Source: Candidatus Aenigmatarchaeota archaeon (GTDB lineage Archaea > Aenigmatarchaeota > Aenigmatarchaeia > CG10238-14). Taken from it: DNA of 64,000 nucleotides. The first letter of the stretch is position 1; every line of letters starts with the position of its first letter. The translations under genes were made by a program, and so were the position numbers. The stretch spans positions 99,740-163,739 of the forward strand of contig JAGVVZ010000002.1 in the NCBI GenBank assembly GCA_018304545.1, read 5' to 3'. The notes under the pieces are model-generated. The model was not told the origin of the DNA, made no database searches, and saw only the letters and a program-made list of their open reading frames with translations. Below are positions 9,947-18,950 of this stretch, piece by piece.

Positions 9947-11343
9947 ATTGTAATCAATACCTCACCATAATTTATAGTTGAAAACTGTCTGAAAATAATT
10001 ATTTTATTTTTGTCTACACAATATGATAATGGACCTTTATTTATAAAGTTCTTGCATGCTTCTTGTGTTGATTCCATATCAATATTATAATATAAATTTA
10101 AAATCCAAAAAATTTCTCTATCTTTAGACTGTATTAAAATTTTTTTATCTTGGTTCTCGTTTATTATATTAAGCAAATTATTTTTTATGTTATATTCCTT
10201 GTTCAAAAAATAAATCTGGATAGAGAATGAAATGAAGATAAAAACAAACAATACTGATACTATGTATAATTTCAGGAACTTATTGTTGAAATTCAATTGT
10301 CTAGAAAAGTAAATACAAAAAATTGGAAATATTGGAAATATATATCTCGGAATATCAGAAAAGGTGGTTTTTAGAAAGTAGTAAAGTCCAAATACAAAAA
10401 ATATTACAACAAACGGTATAAAATAAAATGTTTTTTTATAATCTTTAATAGTTTTATATATAATAAGATACGATAATGGCATGAAAAACAAAGCAATTAA
10501 AATTTGAATAGCAAAAATAAATTCGTTTGACATATTCAATCTAGATGAAATCCTATATGACGGTGGTAAACCCCAAAAACTTAAATATCCATAGAACAAG
10601 TTAGACGTAAACGATCTTTCTTTATAAAGATTTATTTCATCTTTAGTCCACGGATCATAAATTGGCGTTCCTAATACAATATAATTATGATAAATCCAAA
10701 AACCACTTATAATACTACAAAAAATAACTACAAAAACAAAATATTTTATTTTAAGTGATTTGTTTTTTTCAAAAAGAATAACAGATATAATAGAAGAGAT
10801 AACTAAAAGTATACCTGAAGATTTAATTAATACCAAAAGGCCACAAATTACAGAACCAATTAGATAGTTTTTATCGTAAAAAATAAACCAAAATAGCAAC
10901 AACATAAAAAATATTAAAGGCGAATCTAGCATGATGGATGAAGATAAAAACATATTAATCGGGTATAAAGTGAATAGTAACAAACATAAAATTTTTTCAT
11001 TTTTTGAAAAATTTAATTTTCTTAAAATTTTCAAAATAATTACTGTTGAACCTAAAAAAGAAAATAATTCAAATATTTTTGAAAAAATAAACCACAAAAA
11101 CTGATTTTTGAATGATAACGATAATAATGCTGTTAATATATACAAAACAAATGGCGGATACCAAATTAAATTATTAGTAATTTTTTCTTTTTCTGGTAAT
11201 ACATCATTACTCATAAAAATAGTTTTAGCTGATGCTAAATATCTTAAATCATCACCAAATCTAAAAATAGGTGATACTAGAAGCAATACAATTTTCAGAA
11301 ATAAAATAAATAAAACTACGTGTAATATGTATATATTTTTCAT
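9943..11343 (-). CDS. GT-C-like integral membrane protein (putative glycosyltransferase)
   Basis: 466 aa, polytopic. First loop is RFGDDLRYLASAK (acidic pair after TM1). Soluble C-terminal domain. Confidence 0.45.
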   Translation of the reverse strand: MKNIYILHVVLFILFLKIVLLLVSPIFRFGDDLRYLASAKTIFMSNDVLPEKEKITNNLIWYPPFVLYILTALLSLSFKNQFLWFIFSKIFELFSFLGSTVIILKILRKLNFSKNEKILCLLLFTLYPINMFLSSSIMLDSPLIFFMLLLFWFIFYDKNYLIGSVICGLLVLIKSSGILLVISSIISVILFEKNKSLKIKYFVFVVIFCSIISGFWIYHNYIVLGTPIYDPWTKDEINLYKERSFTSNLFYGYLSFWGLPPSYRISSRLNMSNEFIFAIQILIALFFMPLSYLIIYKTIKDYKKTFYFIPFVVIFFVFGLYYFLKTTFSDIPRYIFPIFPIFCIYFSRQLNFNNKFLKLYIVSVLFVFIFISFSIQIYFLNKEYNIKNNLLNIINENQDKKILIQSKDREIFWILNLYYNIDMESTQEACKNFINKGPLSYCVDKNKIIIFRQFSTINYGEVLITI

Positions 11344-11345
11344 TT

Positions 11346-12044
11346 TTAACCATCAAAAATACTAAACTTGACTTTTAAAAGTATTACTATATTTTTAATG
11401 GCGTCTTTCCAGTTTATTTTTTTACCTTCTTTTTTGGTCCTAGCAGAATAATCTATAGGTAACTCGTAAATTTCAAAACCAGATTTCAGTATTTTTGCTG
11501 AAATTTCAGCTTCAATTTCGAACCCATCAGAAAATAAATCTATTTTATTCAAAATGTCTTTATGTATACATTTATAACAAGTCTCCATGTCCGTTAAATT
11601 AGATCCAAATAATAAATTTGTTAAAAATGTTAATATTTTGTTTCCCAAGAGTTGAAAGAATTTCATATTTCTATATTCTCCCATAAATCTACTACCGTAA
11701 ACAACTTTTTTTTGTTTCATCATTAAAGGGCTTATTAAATATGGTATTTGATTAGGACTGTATTCTAAATCAGCATCTTGTATAACTATAATGTTACCTT
11801 TAGATTTAGCTATACCTAACCTAATTGCATAACCTTTGCCTTTATTTTTTTTATAAGATATTATTTTTAATTTTTTAAACTTTTTTTTAATTTTATTTAA
11901 CTCATTAAATGTTTTATCTGATGATCCATCGTTGATAATTATTATTTCAGTATCTATATTATAATCTATTTCTGAAACTTTATTTATAACATGACGTATA
12001 GTTTTTTCTTCATTATATACTGGTATTATTATAGAAAGTTTCAT
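11346..12044 (-). CDS. GT2 polyprenyl-phosphate sugar synthase-like glycosyltransferase (DPM1/GtrB/ArnC type)
   Basis: 232 aa. LSIIIPVYNEEKTI, IIIINDGSSDKT, IVIQDADLEYSP. Confidence 0.8.
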   Translation of the reverse strand: MKLSIIIPVYNEEKTIRHVINKVSEIDYNIDTEIIIINDGSSDKTFNELNKIKKKFKKLKIISYKKNKGKGYAIRLGIAKSKGNIIVIQDADLEYSPNQIPYLISPLMMKQKKVVYGSRFMGEYRNMKFFQLLGNKILTFLTNLLFGSNLTDMETCYKCIHKDILNKIDLFSDGFEIEAEISAKILKSGFEIYELPIDYSARTKKEGKKINWKDAIKNIVILLKVKFSIFDG

Positions 12045-12084
12045 TATGAGGTATTTAAAAATTTAAGCTCTTAAAGACATTATA

Positions 12085-13674
12085 ATGAAAACAAGAGACA
12101 AAAAATATTTACTAATATTAATTACGCTGTTAATAGGTTTCTTTTTAAGATCAATTATATTATGGCAAAATATAGAGATTCTAATTCAGAAAATTTTAAT
12201 TGATGACGCATTTATAGCATTCTCAATAGCTAAAAATATAGCAAATAAGAATTTGGTGTCATTTGATGGTGTTTCCATTACAAATGGTTTTCAGCCTTTA
12301 TGGGTATTCATAATAGCACCACTATTCAAGATCATACAAAATGATTCGGTAATACATTTAGTATTAACTGCATCTGCTATGCTAGATACATTAACAATAT
12401 TTTTAATGTATAGAATAGGAAGAATAATTTATAACCATAAAGTCGGTATATTGTGTTCTATAATTTACGCTATCAATCCGTTGTTTATATTTTTTACATT
12501 GAATGGTATAGAAGTATCATTAACTATTTTTTTAATAAACTTGAGTTTGTTATATTTATTTTCAATAAAAAATTTTACTTTTTTTAAATCTATATTACTT
12601 GGAACCATATTAGGCTTAACTATATTATCTCGTATGGACTCGGTTTTTCTTATCATAGGATCTTTTGCTTTTGTTATAATAAAATTTAGAAAAAACGCTT
12701 CACAAATATTTAAATATATCATAATAGTTGTCATAAGTATAATAATTGTAATATCCCCATGGTTTATTTGGAATTATATAAATTTTGAAACGTTTCTACC
12801 CAGTAGCGGTAAAGCTGTATATAAACTAGGGCACATGATATGCAATGTAAATAAATGTAATGACGCAGAACTAATAAATATATTAGTTAAGAACTTATCA
12901 ACTGGTATTTTTTTAATTATATATTATTTCGGTCCAATTAATATCACACCAATAAATATTATTTTAGCTATTTCTGTTGTATACTTCTTAGTTTCATCTA
13001 TAAAAAATAAAAATATTATTTTATTACCACAATTAACTTATGTGGGTTTTATATTGTTGTTTTATTCTCTATACATGTGGAGGTTGGATCTCAGATATTT
13101 TACAGCTTCTTCATCAATATTACTAGTAACGTTATGTGATGGTATATTCTTATTTGCTGAGGGTTTAAAAAACAACAAGCGTCTAGTGGCATCATTAATT
13201 TTCGCGATTTTACTAACTCAAATAATAATCAATGGTTATAAGGAATGGACAAGGGGTTATACACCATGGCAAACAATGATGTACGAAGGTAGTTTATGGA
13301 TAAAAAACAACACGGGGAAGGATGTTGTCGTTTCATCATTCAATAGTGGGTTAATACAGTATTATTCTCAAAGAAGAACTATCAATCTAGATGGTGTGAT
13401 AAACTTTGAAGCTATAAAATCAATAGAAAACAAAAACGTAACAGATTATATAAAATCTAAAAATTCCACTTACTTTTTAGATGCAATTTTAGATATAAAA
13501 AGTGATATTTCTGATAAAAATGCAGGATTGTGGGAAGTAAACTTGTGGACCTCTTACATGGGAAAAAACTATGAAAATTTTTTAAAAATAATAAAAACGG
13601 AAATGAGAGAATTTGAGACTGTTAGTGGGGATAATATGAAAGTTATATTTTTCATAGCACGAGTAATTAATTAA
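12085..13674 (+). CDS. GT-C-like integral membrane protein (putative lipid-linked-sugar glycosyltransferase)
   Basis: 529 aa, polytopic. LIDDAFIAFSIAKNIANK motif after TM1. C-terminal soluble region is ...WIKNNTGKDVVVSSFNSGLIQYYSQRRTINLDGVIN. Confidence 0.5.
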   Translation: MKTRDKKYLLILITLLIGFFLRSIILWQNIEILIQKILIDDAFIAFSIAKNIANKNLVSFDGVSITNGFQPLWVFIIAPLFKIIQNDSVIHLVLTASAMLDTLTIFLMYRIGRIIYNHKVGILCSIIYAINPLFIFFTLNGIEVSLTIFLINLSLLYLFSIKNFTFFKSILLGTILGLTILSRMDSVFLIIGSFAFVIIKFRKNASQIFKYIIIVVISIIIVISPWFIWNYINFETFLPSSGKAVYKLGHMICNVNKCNDAELINILVKNLSTGIFLIIYYFGPINITPINIILAISVVYFLVSSIKNKNIILLPQLTYVGFILLFYSLYMWRLDLRYFTASSSILLVTLCDGIFLFAEGLKNNKRLVASLIFAILLTQIIINGYKEWTRGYTPWQTMMYEGSLWIKNNTGKDVVVSSFNSGLIQYYSQRRTINLDGVINFEAIKSIENKNVTDYIKSKNSTYFLDAILDIKSDISDKNAGLWEVNLWTSYMGKNYENFLKIIKTEMREFETVSGDNMKVIFFIARVIN

Positions 13675-13706
13675 TACTTTAATACACTCACTTATTATGG
13701 ATAAAA

Positions 13707-15005
13707 ATGAAGACAATTTGTATAATAGGAGCAGGATCCGCGGGTTTAGCAGCAGCTTTGAAATTAAAGGAAATTGGATTTGATGTAACTATATTAGAAA
13801 AAGAAAATTATATAGGCGGATTGGCTTCTAGATATAAGATACTCTGGGATAGAAAAACATATTACATAAACAAAACTTATCATCACATACTAGAGGGAGA
13901 TTTTTACACAATAAAGATGATAAATGATTTCGGAATAAAAAATAAGTTTAAAAAAACGAAGGTAAAAACAGGTTTTGTGTATAAAAACAAAATATGGGGA
14001 TTATCTTCGCCGTTAGACATGATTAAGTTTCCTATACCTTTTTTAGATAAAATAAGACTTGTTTTTTTTATAATCACTTCTTCTATAAAACGGGATTGGA
14101 CTGATACTGAAAAAGTAAATGCAAGGGATTGGATAGTTAAAAGAGCTGGAAAAAACAATTATAATATAATTTTCGAAAAGTTAATAAGAAATAAATTTAA
14201 TAAACTCCCAGAACAAATTTCAGCCGCGTGGTTTGGTACAAGATTTGTTAGAGAATCTCAATCTTTTATGAAAAAATTTGGTTGGTTAGAAGGTGGCGGC
14301 GAAGGATTAATACTGGACTTGATAGCAAAAAAATTACGAAAATTAAATTGTAAAATTAAAACAAATATTCAGATAAAAAAAATTGATGTAAAAAACAAAA
14401 TAATCACATTTATATCTGATAATAATAAAATTGAAGAAAAATTTGATATTATATTAAGCACACTACCACCAGAAGTTTATATTAAATTAGCAACAATGAA
14501 AGATCATTCGGTAAAGTTAGAGGAAGGCTTTAAAAAAATAGAATATTTAAGTGTTATATGTGGTTGTATAGGACTCAAAAAAAAATATAGTAATTTTTAT
14601 TGGTTAAATGTTTTAGATAATTATCCGTTTAAAGTAATATTTACGAATAGCATTTTATATAAAGATTCTGCGCCAAAAAACAAAAGCAATATTTATTTGG
14701 CAACATATTTTAGCGGCGAAAATGAATTGTGGAATAAAAACGAAAATGAAATATTTGAAGTTTATATGAAATATTTAAAAATTATATTTAAAAATTGTGA
14801 AAAAAATGTGGATTGGTACAAAATAGTTAAATTCAAATACGCAGAAGCCATATTTGATCTACACTTCAAAAATCCACCTCTGTCAGATAGTGGTATTTAT
14901 TTCGCAGGAATTTTCAGAATATTCCCAAAAATAAGAAACGTTTCATCTGCTTTGGAATCAGGTTTTGAATCTGCTGATGCAATAATAAGTGATTTTAATG
15001 AGTAA
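13707..15005 (+). CDS. FAD/NAD(P)-binding oxidoreductase (amine-oxidase / PPOX / UGM-like fold)
   Basis: 432 aa. Dinucleotide-binding N-terminus is ICIIGAGSAGLAAALKLKEIGFDVTILEKENYIGGLA. Confidence 0.75.
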   Translation: MKTICIIGAGSAGLAAALKLKEIGFDVTILEKENYIGGLASRYKILWDRKTYYINKTYHHILEGDFYTIKMINDFGIKNKFKKTKVKTGFVYKNKIWGLSSPLDMIKFPIPFLDKIRLVFFIITSSIKRDWTDTEKVNARDWIVKRAGKNNYNIIFEKLIRNKFNKLPEQISAAWFGTRFVRESQSFMKKFGWLEGGGEGLILDLIAKKLRKLNCKIKTNIQIKKIDVKNKIITFISDNNKIEEKFDIILSTLPPEVYIKLATMKDHSVKLEEGFKKIEYLSVICGCIGLKKKYSNFYWLNVLDNYPFKVIFTNSILYKDSAPKNKSNIYLATYFSGENELWNKNENEIFEVYMKYLKIIFKNCEKNVDWYKIVKFKYAEAIFDLHFKNPPLSDSGIYFAGIFRIFPKIRNVSSALESGFESADAIISDFNE

Positions 15006-16080
15006 AATAGCATTTGTGAAAGTCAAACAGGAAAAAGACGGCGTACAAAAGGCTGTTAAAAGGGCAATGGAATTGACATTGTGGAAAAAATATGTAACTG
15101 GAAATAAAATATTTTTAAAAATAAATGGTATTTCAGATCAACTAGTACCGGGTCAATGCACATCACCATGGGTAGTTGAAACGGTTTTAAAAGAAGTTAA
15201 GAGGGTGTTTCCAAAAGCCGAGATTAAAATGGGTGATGCAGATCTAGCAGCCGCGAAACAATTAAATAGAGCTGCAAAATTATGGGGAATACTAGATATT
15301 GCAGAAAAATACGATACAGAATTCGTAAATATATCAGACGAAGAAACAGTAATGCAAAATATAAATGGTAAAATACTAAAAAATATGTTGGTTTCAAAAT
15401 CTGTTTTGGAAGCTGATACTATAATAAATTTGCCCATATTAAAATCTCATTGCCTCACTAAATTAACATGTTGTTTAAAAAATCATTGGGGATTGATACC
15501 AAGGGGGGTAAGGCACAATTACCATCCTCTAGTTAACCAAGTTATAGGAGATATTAACAATTATTTCAAAAAAACAACATATAATTTAGTAGACGGAACA
15601 ATCACGATGGAAGGTGATGCGCCCAGAACGGGTATACCAAAAATAACAAATGTCATATTTGCAGGAAATGACAGGGTAGCAATAGATACAATGGCTGCAA
15701 AATTTATGTGTCTAGATCCAAAAAAAATTAATCACATAAAATTTTCTGAAAAAATGGGTGTTGGATCAATGAAATATGAGATAATTGGAGATAAATTTTT
15801 TACAAACAAATTCGTTGAAGCTAAACCGAATAAACAACCTATATTTCTTCTTGAAATGAATTTTAGGAAAGTTCCCATATTAAAAGAAATTATATTTAAA
15901 ACAAAATTTTTCGATGTTTTTGCTTGGGGAACAAGACAATACAATTCTGTTATATGGTATAATTTAAAAGGCAAAAAAATGGCTGAAAATATTATATATA
16001 ATACGTGGTATGGGCAAGAATTTGAAAAACTCTGGAATAAAACTGGAAAAACTGGAAAATTACCTTCCAATAAGCTTTAA
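14989..16080 (+). CDS. DUF362-family protein
   Basis: 363 aa. ADTIINLPILKSHCLTKLTCCLKNHWG and VDGTITMEGDAP resemble DUF362. 17-nt overlap with the FAD enzyme gene. Confidence 0.55.
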   Translation: MILMSKIAFVKVKQEKDGVQKAVKRAMELTLWKKYVTGNKIFLKINGISDQLVPGQCTSPWVVETVLKEVKRVFPKAEIKMGDADLAAAKQLNRAAKLWGILDIAEKYDTEFVNISDEETVMQNINGKILKNMLVSKSVLEADTIINLPILKSHCLTKLTCCLKNHWGLIPRGVRHNYHPLVNQVIGDINNYFKKTTYNLVDGTITMEGDAPRTGIPKITNVIFAGNDRVAIDTMAAKFMCLDPKKINHIKFSEKMGVGSMKYEIIGDKFFTNKFVEAKPNKQPIFLLEMNFRKVPILKEIIFKTKFFDVFAWGTRQYNSVIWYNLKGKKMAENIIYNTWYGQEFEKLWNKTGKTGKLPSNKL

Positions 16081-16713
16081 ACGTAAAACCAATCTGACAA
16101 ATCTAAATATTTCATTGAAATTAAATTTAGATTGACCTTCCTTTCTTTTATGAAAAATAAATGTAGATTCAACGATTCTATATCCTTTTTTTGTTGCTTT
16201 ATATATCAGTTCTGTCACAACTTTATATCCTATTGGATTTAACTTTATATCTTCCAAAACTCTTCTCTTTATAGCAGCAAAACCAGAAACAGGATCTTTG
16301 ATTTTTAATCCTAAAATAAACCTCGCTATAGAATTCGCACAATGACTTATGGCAACTCTTAGAAATGGATCTTCCACCTTAGATCCGGATATGTATTTTG
16401 ATCCTATAACTATATCATTTTCATCAATCTTTCTTAAAAGGCTTCGTATATCTTTGGGATCGTGGCTTCCGTCGCCATCCATAAGAACTATTATATTTCC
16501 CTTACTTTCTTTCAAACCTTCTAAAAAGGCTTTCCCCAAACCATCTGATTTTTGGACTATAAGTTTTGCATTTTTTATATTTGGTCTATTTTCACTTTTA
16601 TCCACAACTATAATTTCATGTTTAATATTTTTGAGCTCATGATGTATATCATAGATAAGTGTATCAATATAGGGTTCATTTTTTATTGGTATTATAATAG
16701 AGACTAGTGACAT
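16060..16713 (-). CDS. GT2 dolichyl/polyprenyl-phosphate mannose (or glucose) synthase-like
   Basis: 217 aa. VSIIIPIKNEPYI, IIVVDKS, NIIVLMDGDGSHDP, FAAIKRRVLE. Confidence 0.8.
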   Translation of the reverse strand: MSLVSIIIPIKNEPYIDTLIYDIHHELKNIKHEIIVVDKSENRPNIKNAKLIVQKSDGLGKAFLEGLKESKGNIIVLMDGDGSHDPKDIRSLLRKIDENDIVIGSKYISGSKVEDPFLRVAISHCANSIARFILGLKIKDPVSGFAAIKRRVLEDIKLNPIGYKVVTELIYKATKKGYRIVESTFIFHKRKEGQSKFNFNEIFRFVRLVLRLKLIGR

Positions 16714-16726
16714 AAAAACAAATATA

Positions 16727-18049
16727 TTACCAAGATATACCTTTAAATTTCGTTACCTTTCTGGGATCTAAAATAGGTAAACCTTCTATAATATTTGGGG
16801 AGGTTGTTATTCTCGTATGCATTAAATTAAAATCATCATCCGTGAGACTTGCAAATTCTGGCCAGTCAGTAACTATTAAACAACCATCCACGTCCCTCAA
16901 AGCGTCTTTAGCCGATTCAATATATTCTATATCTGGAAATAGTCTTACCATATTAGATGTTGCCTTTGGATCGTATGCCCTTATTGTAGCGCCTCTTTTT
17001 TTTAGTTCCTTTATAATATCTATTGCGGGTGAATATCTGACATCATCTGTATCTTTTTTAAACGCTAAACCTAAAACAGCTATTACCATTTTATTTAGTG
17101 TTCCTAGTGATTTTTCTAATTGATATACCATGATTGTTTTTTGAATTTCATTTGATGTAATTACTGATTTTAATAATGGAACGTCAATATCCAGTTTTTC
17201 TCCTAAATGAATCAAACCCTTTAAATCTTTAGGAAAACAGCTTCCGCCCCATCCTCTACCAGCTCCCAAATATTCTGGTCCTATTCTTGGATCCATACCT
17301 ACAACTTTCATAACTTTTCGCGAATCTATTCCTAAAGAATGACAATATCTTGCTAATTCATTAGCCAAACCTAATCTAGATGCCAGAGAAGCATTAGATG
17401 CGTATTTCATCATCTCGGCTGTTCTAATATCTATTGTAATTATATTTGTTCTACTTCTCCAGGGTTCATATAAAGAAAGTGCTCGAGTTGTAGAACGTTT
17501 ATCATTAGAACCTATAACTATTCTAGACGGATTTAATCCGTCTTTTACTGCATTTCCTTCAGTTAAAAACTCTGGATTCATACAAACACCAAAATCTGAT
17601 ATGTATTTTTTTCCCGAGTATTTAATCAATGTTGGAATAACAGTATCCTCGGTAGAACATGGTATAACAGTACTCTTAATAACAATCAACTGATATTTAG
17701 GATTTGTTCTTATTAGTGTTCCTATATCTTTACTGGCTCGTCTAATATATTCTAAATCAACAGAACTGTCGCCATTTGAAGGCGTGCCTACGCATACAAA
17801 GATTACATCACATTCTCTTAAATCTTTTATATTTGTTGTTGCTGTAACTAGATTTTTTTTCATACCACCGTGCAACATCTCTGGTAAACCTGGTTCATGA
17901 AAAGGCACTTTTAATTCTCTTATTATATTAATTTTATCATGATCCGTATCATAAAAAACTACTTTATACGATCCTCCAGTTTTATCGGTAAAACACGAAC
18001 CAGTCGTTAATCCAACGTAACCGGTTCCTACTATTCCTACTTTATACAT
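16727..18049 (-). CDS. ugd: UDP-glucose/GDP-mannose dehydrogenase family, most like UDP-glucose 6-dehydrogenase
   Basis: 440 aa. VGIVGTGYVGLTTG NAD-binding N-terminus and catalytic-Cys motif GWGGSCFPKDL. Confidence 0.85.
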   Translation of the reverse strand: MYKVGIVGTGYVGLTTGSCFTDKTGGSYKVVFYDTDHDKINIIRELKVPFHEPGLPEMLHGGMKKNLVTATTNIKDLRECDVIFVCVGTPSNGDSSVDLEYIRRASKDIGTLIRTNPKYQLIVIKSTVIPCSTEDTVIPTLIKYSGKKYISDFGVCMNPEFLTEGNAVKDGLNPSRIVIGSNDKRSTTRALSLYEPWRSRTNIITIDIRTAEMMKYASNASLASRLGLANELARYCHSLGIDSRKVMKVVGMDPRIGPEYLGAGRGWGGSCFPKDLKGLIHLGEKLDIDVPLLKSVITSNEIQKTIMVYQLEKSLGTLNKMVIAVLGLAFKKDTDDVRYSPAIDIIKELKKRGATIRAYDPKATSNMVRLFPDIEYIESAKDALRDVDGCLIVTDWPEFASLTDDDFNLMHTRITTSPNIIEGLPILDPRKVTKFKGISW

Positions 18050-18093
18050 GGAATAAAATAGACGTTTTTATAATAAAAGTATTACTTAAGTAT

Positions 18094-18123
18094 TAAATAG
18101 TAATAATATATTATTACTATTTA
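18094..18123. promoter_or_regulatory. Perfect 30-bp palindrome (15-bp arms) ending on the A of the ATG of the RHH-nucleotidyltransferase gene; candidate operator
   Basis: taaatagtaataata|tattattactattta; all 15 pairs checked by hand (18094 pairs with 18123 ... 18108 pairs with 18109). Confidence 0.6.
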
Positions 18124-18950
18124 TGACAAAAATTAGGGTATCATTGAGTATTGATAAAAACTTAATAAAAGACATTGATTCTAGAATCGACGGGATTGTT
18201 ATAAGATCGCGATCTGATGCTATAGAAAAAATCTTGAGGGAACATGTAATCGATAGGAAAACTGCAGTGATATTAGCAGGTGGAACGCCTCATGATCTTA
18301 TTATAAAAGAATTAAATGAGATAAGGCCATTAGTAAACATAGGCAGAAAAACACTAATAGAGGATATTATACTAAAATGTAGAGAATCTGGATTTGTCAA
18401 TATTATAATAATTGGTTTTTCACCAGTTATCGCAAGAATATATGAAGTATTAGGTGATGGAAACAAGTATGGAGTAAAAATAAACTATTTGGAAGAAAAA
18501 GAAACTCTTGGGTCAGCTAAAACTTTAGAACTTGCAAAAAATTATATAAAATCTGATTTTTTGTTTATACCTTGCGATCATTATTTTGATTTTAATTTAA
18601 AAAAACTCCATAATTTCCATTTGCAAAATAGCGGTGTTGTAACTCTTAGTGTTTACACTAAAGACAGACTAGATTCTGAGGCCGGAATAGTTGAAATGGA
18701 CGGATACAACATAATAAATTACGAAGAGAAACCTCAAAAAGCTAAAACATTTCTATCGTCTATTTTCATTGGTTTCATGAAACTTGAAATTTTTAATCTA
18801 ATACCTCCTGGACAAGTTCATTGGAATTTACAGAATAATATATTTCCTAAATTAGCCAAAGAGGGAAAACTTATAGGATATCCTGTGGCTGGCAATTGGA
18901 TAAATGTTCACACAAAAGAGGATGTCGATCTCGTGAGATCATTAAAATAA
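18123..18950 (+). CDS. Ribbon-helix-helix (CopG/NikR-like) domain fused to a sugar-phosphate nucleotidyltransferase-fold domain
   Basis: 275 aa. N-terminus IRVSLSIDKNLIKDID...RSRSDAIEKILREHV has the RHH pattern. Then AVILAGGTPHDL... follows, where the canonical G-x-G-T-R-L loop is degenerate. LGSAKTL and the EEKP motif of NTP-transferases are present. Confidence 0.7.
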   Translation: MTKIRVSLSIDKNLIKDIDSRIDGIVIRSRSDAIEKILREHVIDRKTAVILAGGTPHDLIIKELNEIRPLVNIGRKTLIEDIILKCRESGFVNIIIIGFSPVIARIYEVLGDGNKYGVKINYLEEKETLGSAKTLELAKNYIKSDFLFIPCDHYFDFNLKKLHNFHLQNSGVVTLSVYTKDRLDSEAGIVEMDGYNIINYEEKPQKAKTFLSSIFIGFMKLEIFNLIPPGQVHWNLQNNIFPKLAKEGKLIGYPVAGNWINVHTKEDVDLVRSLK

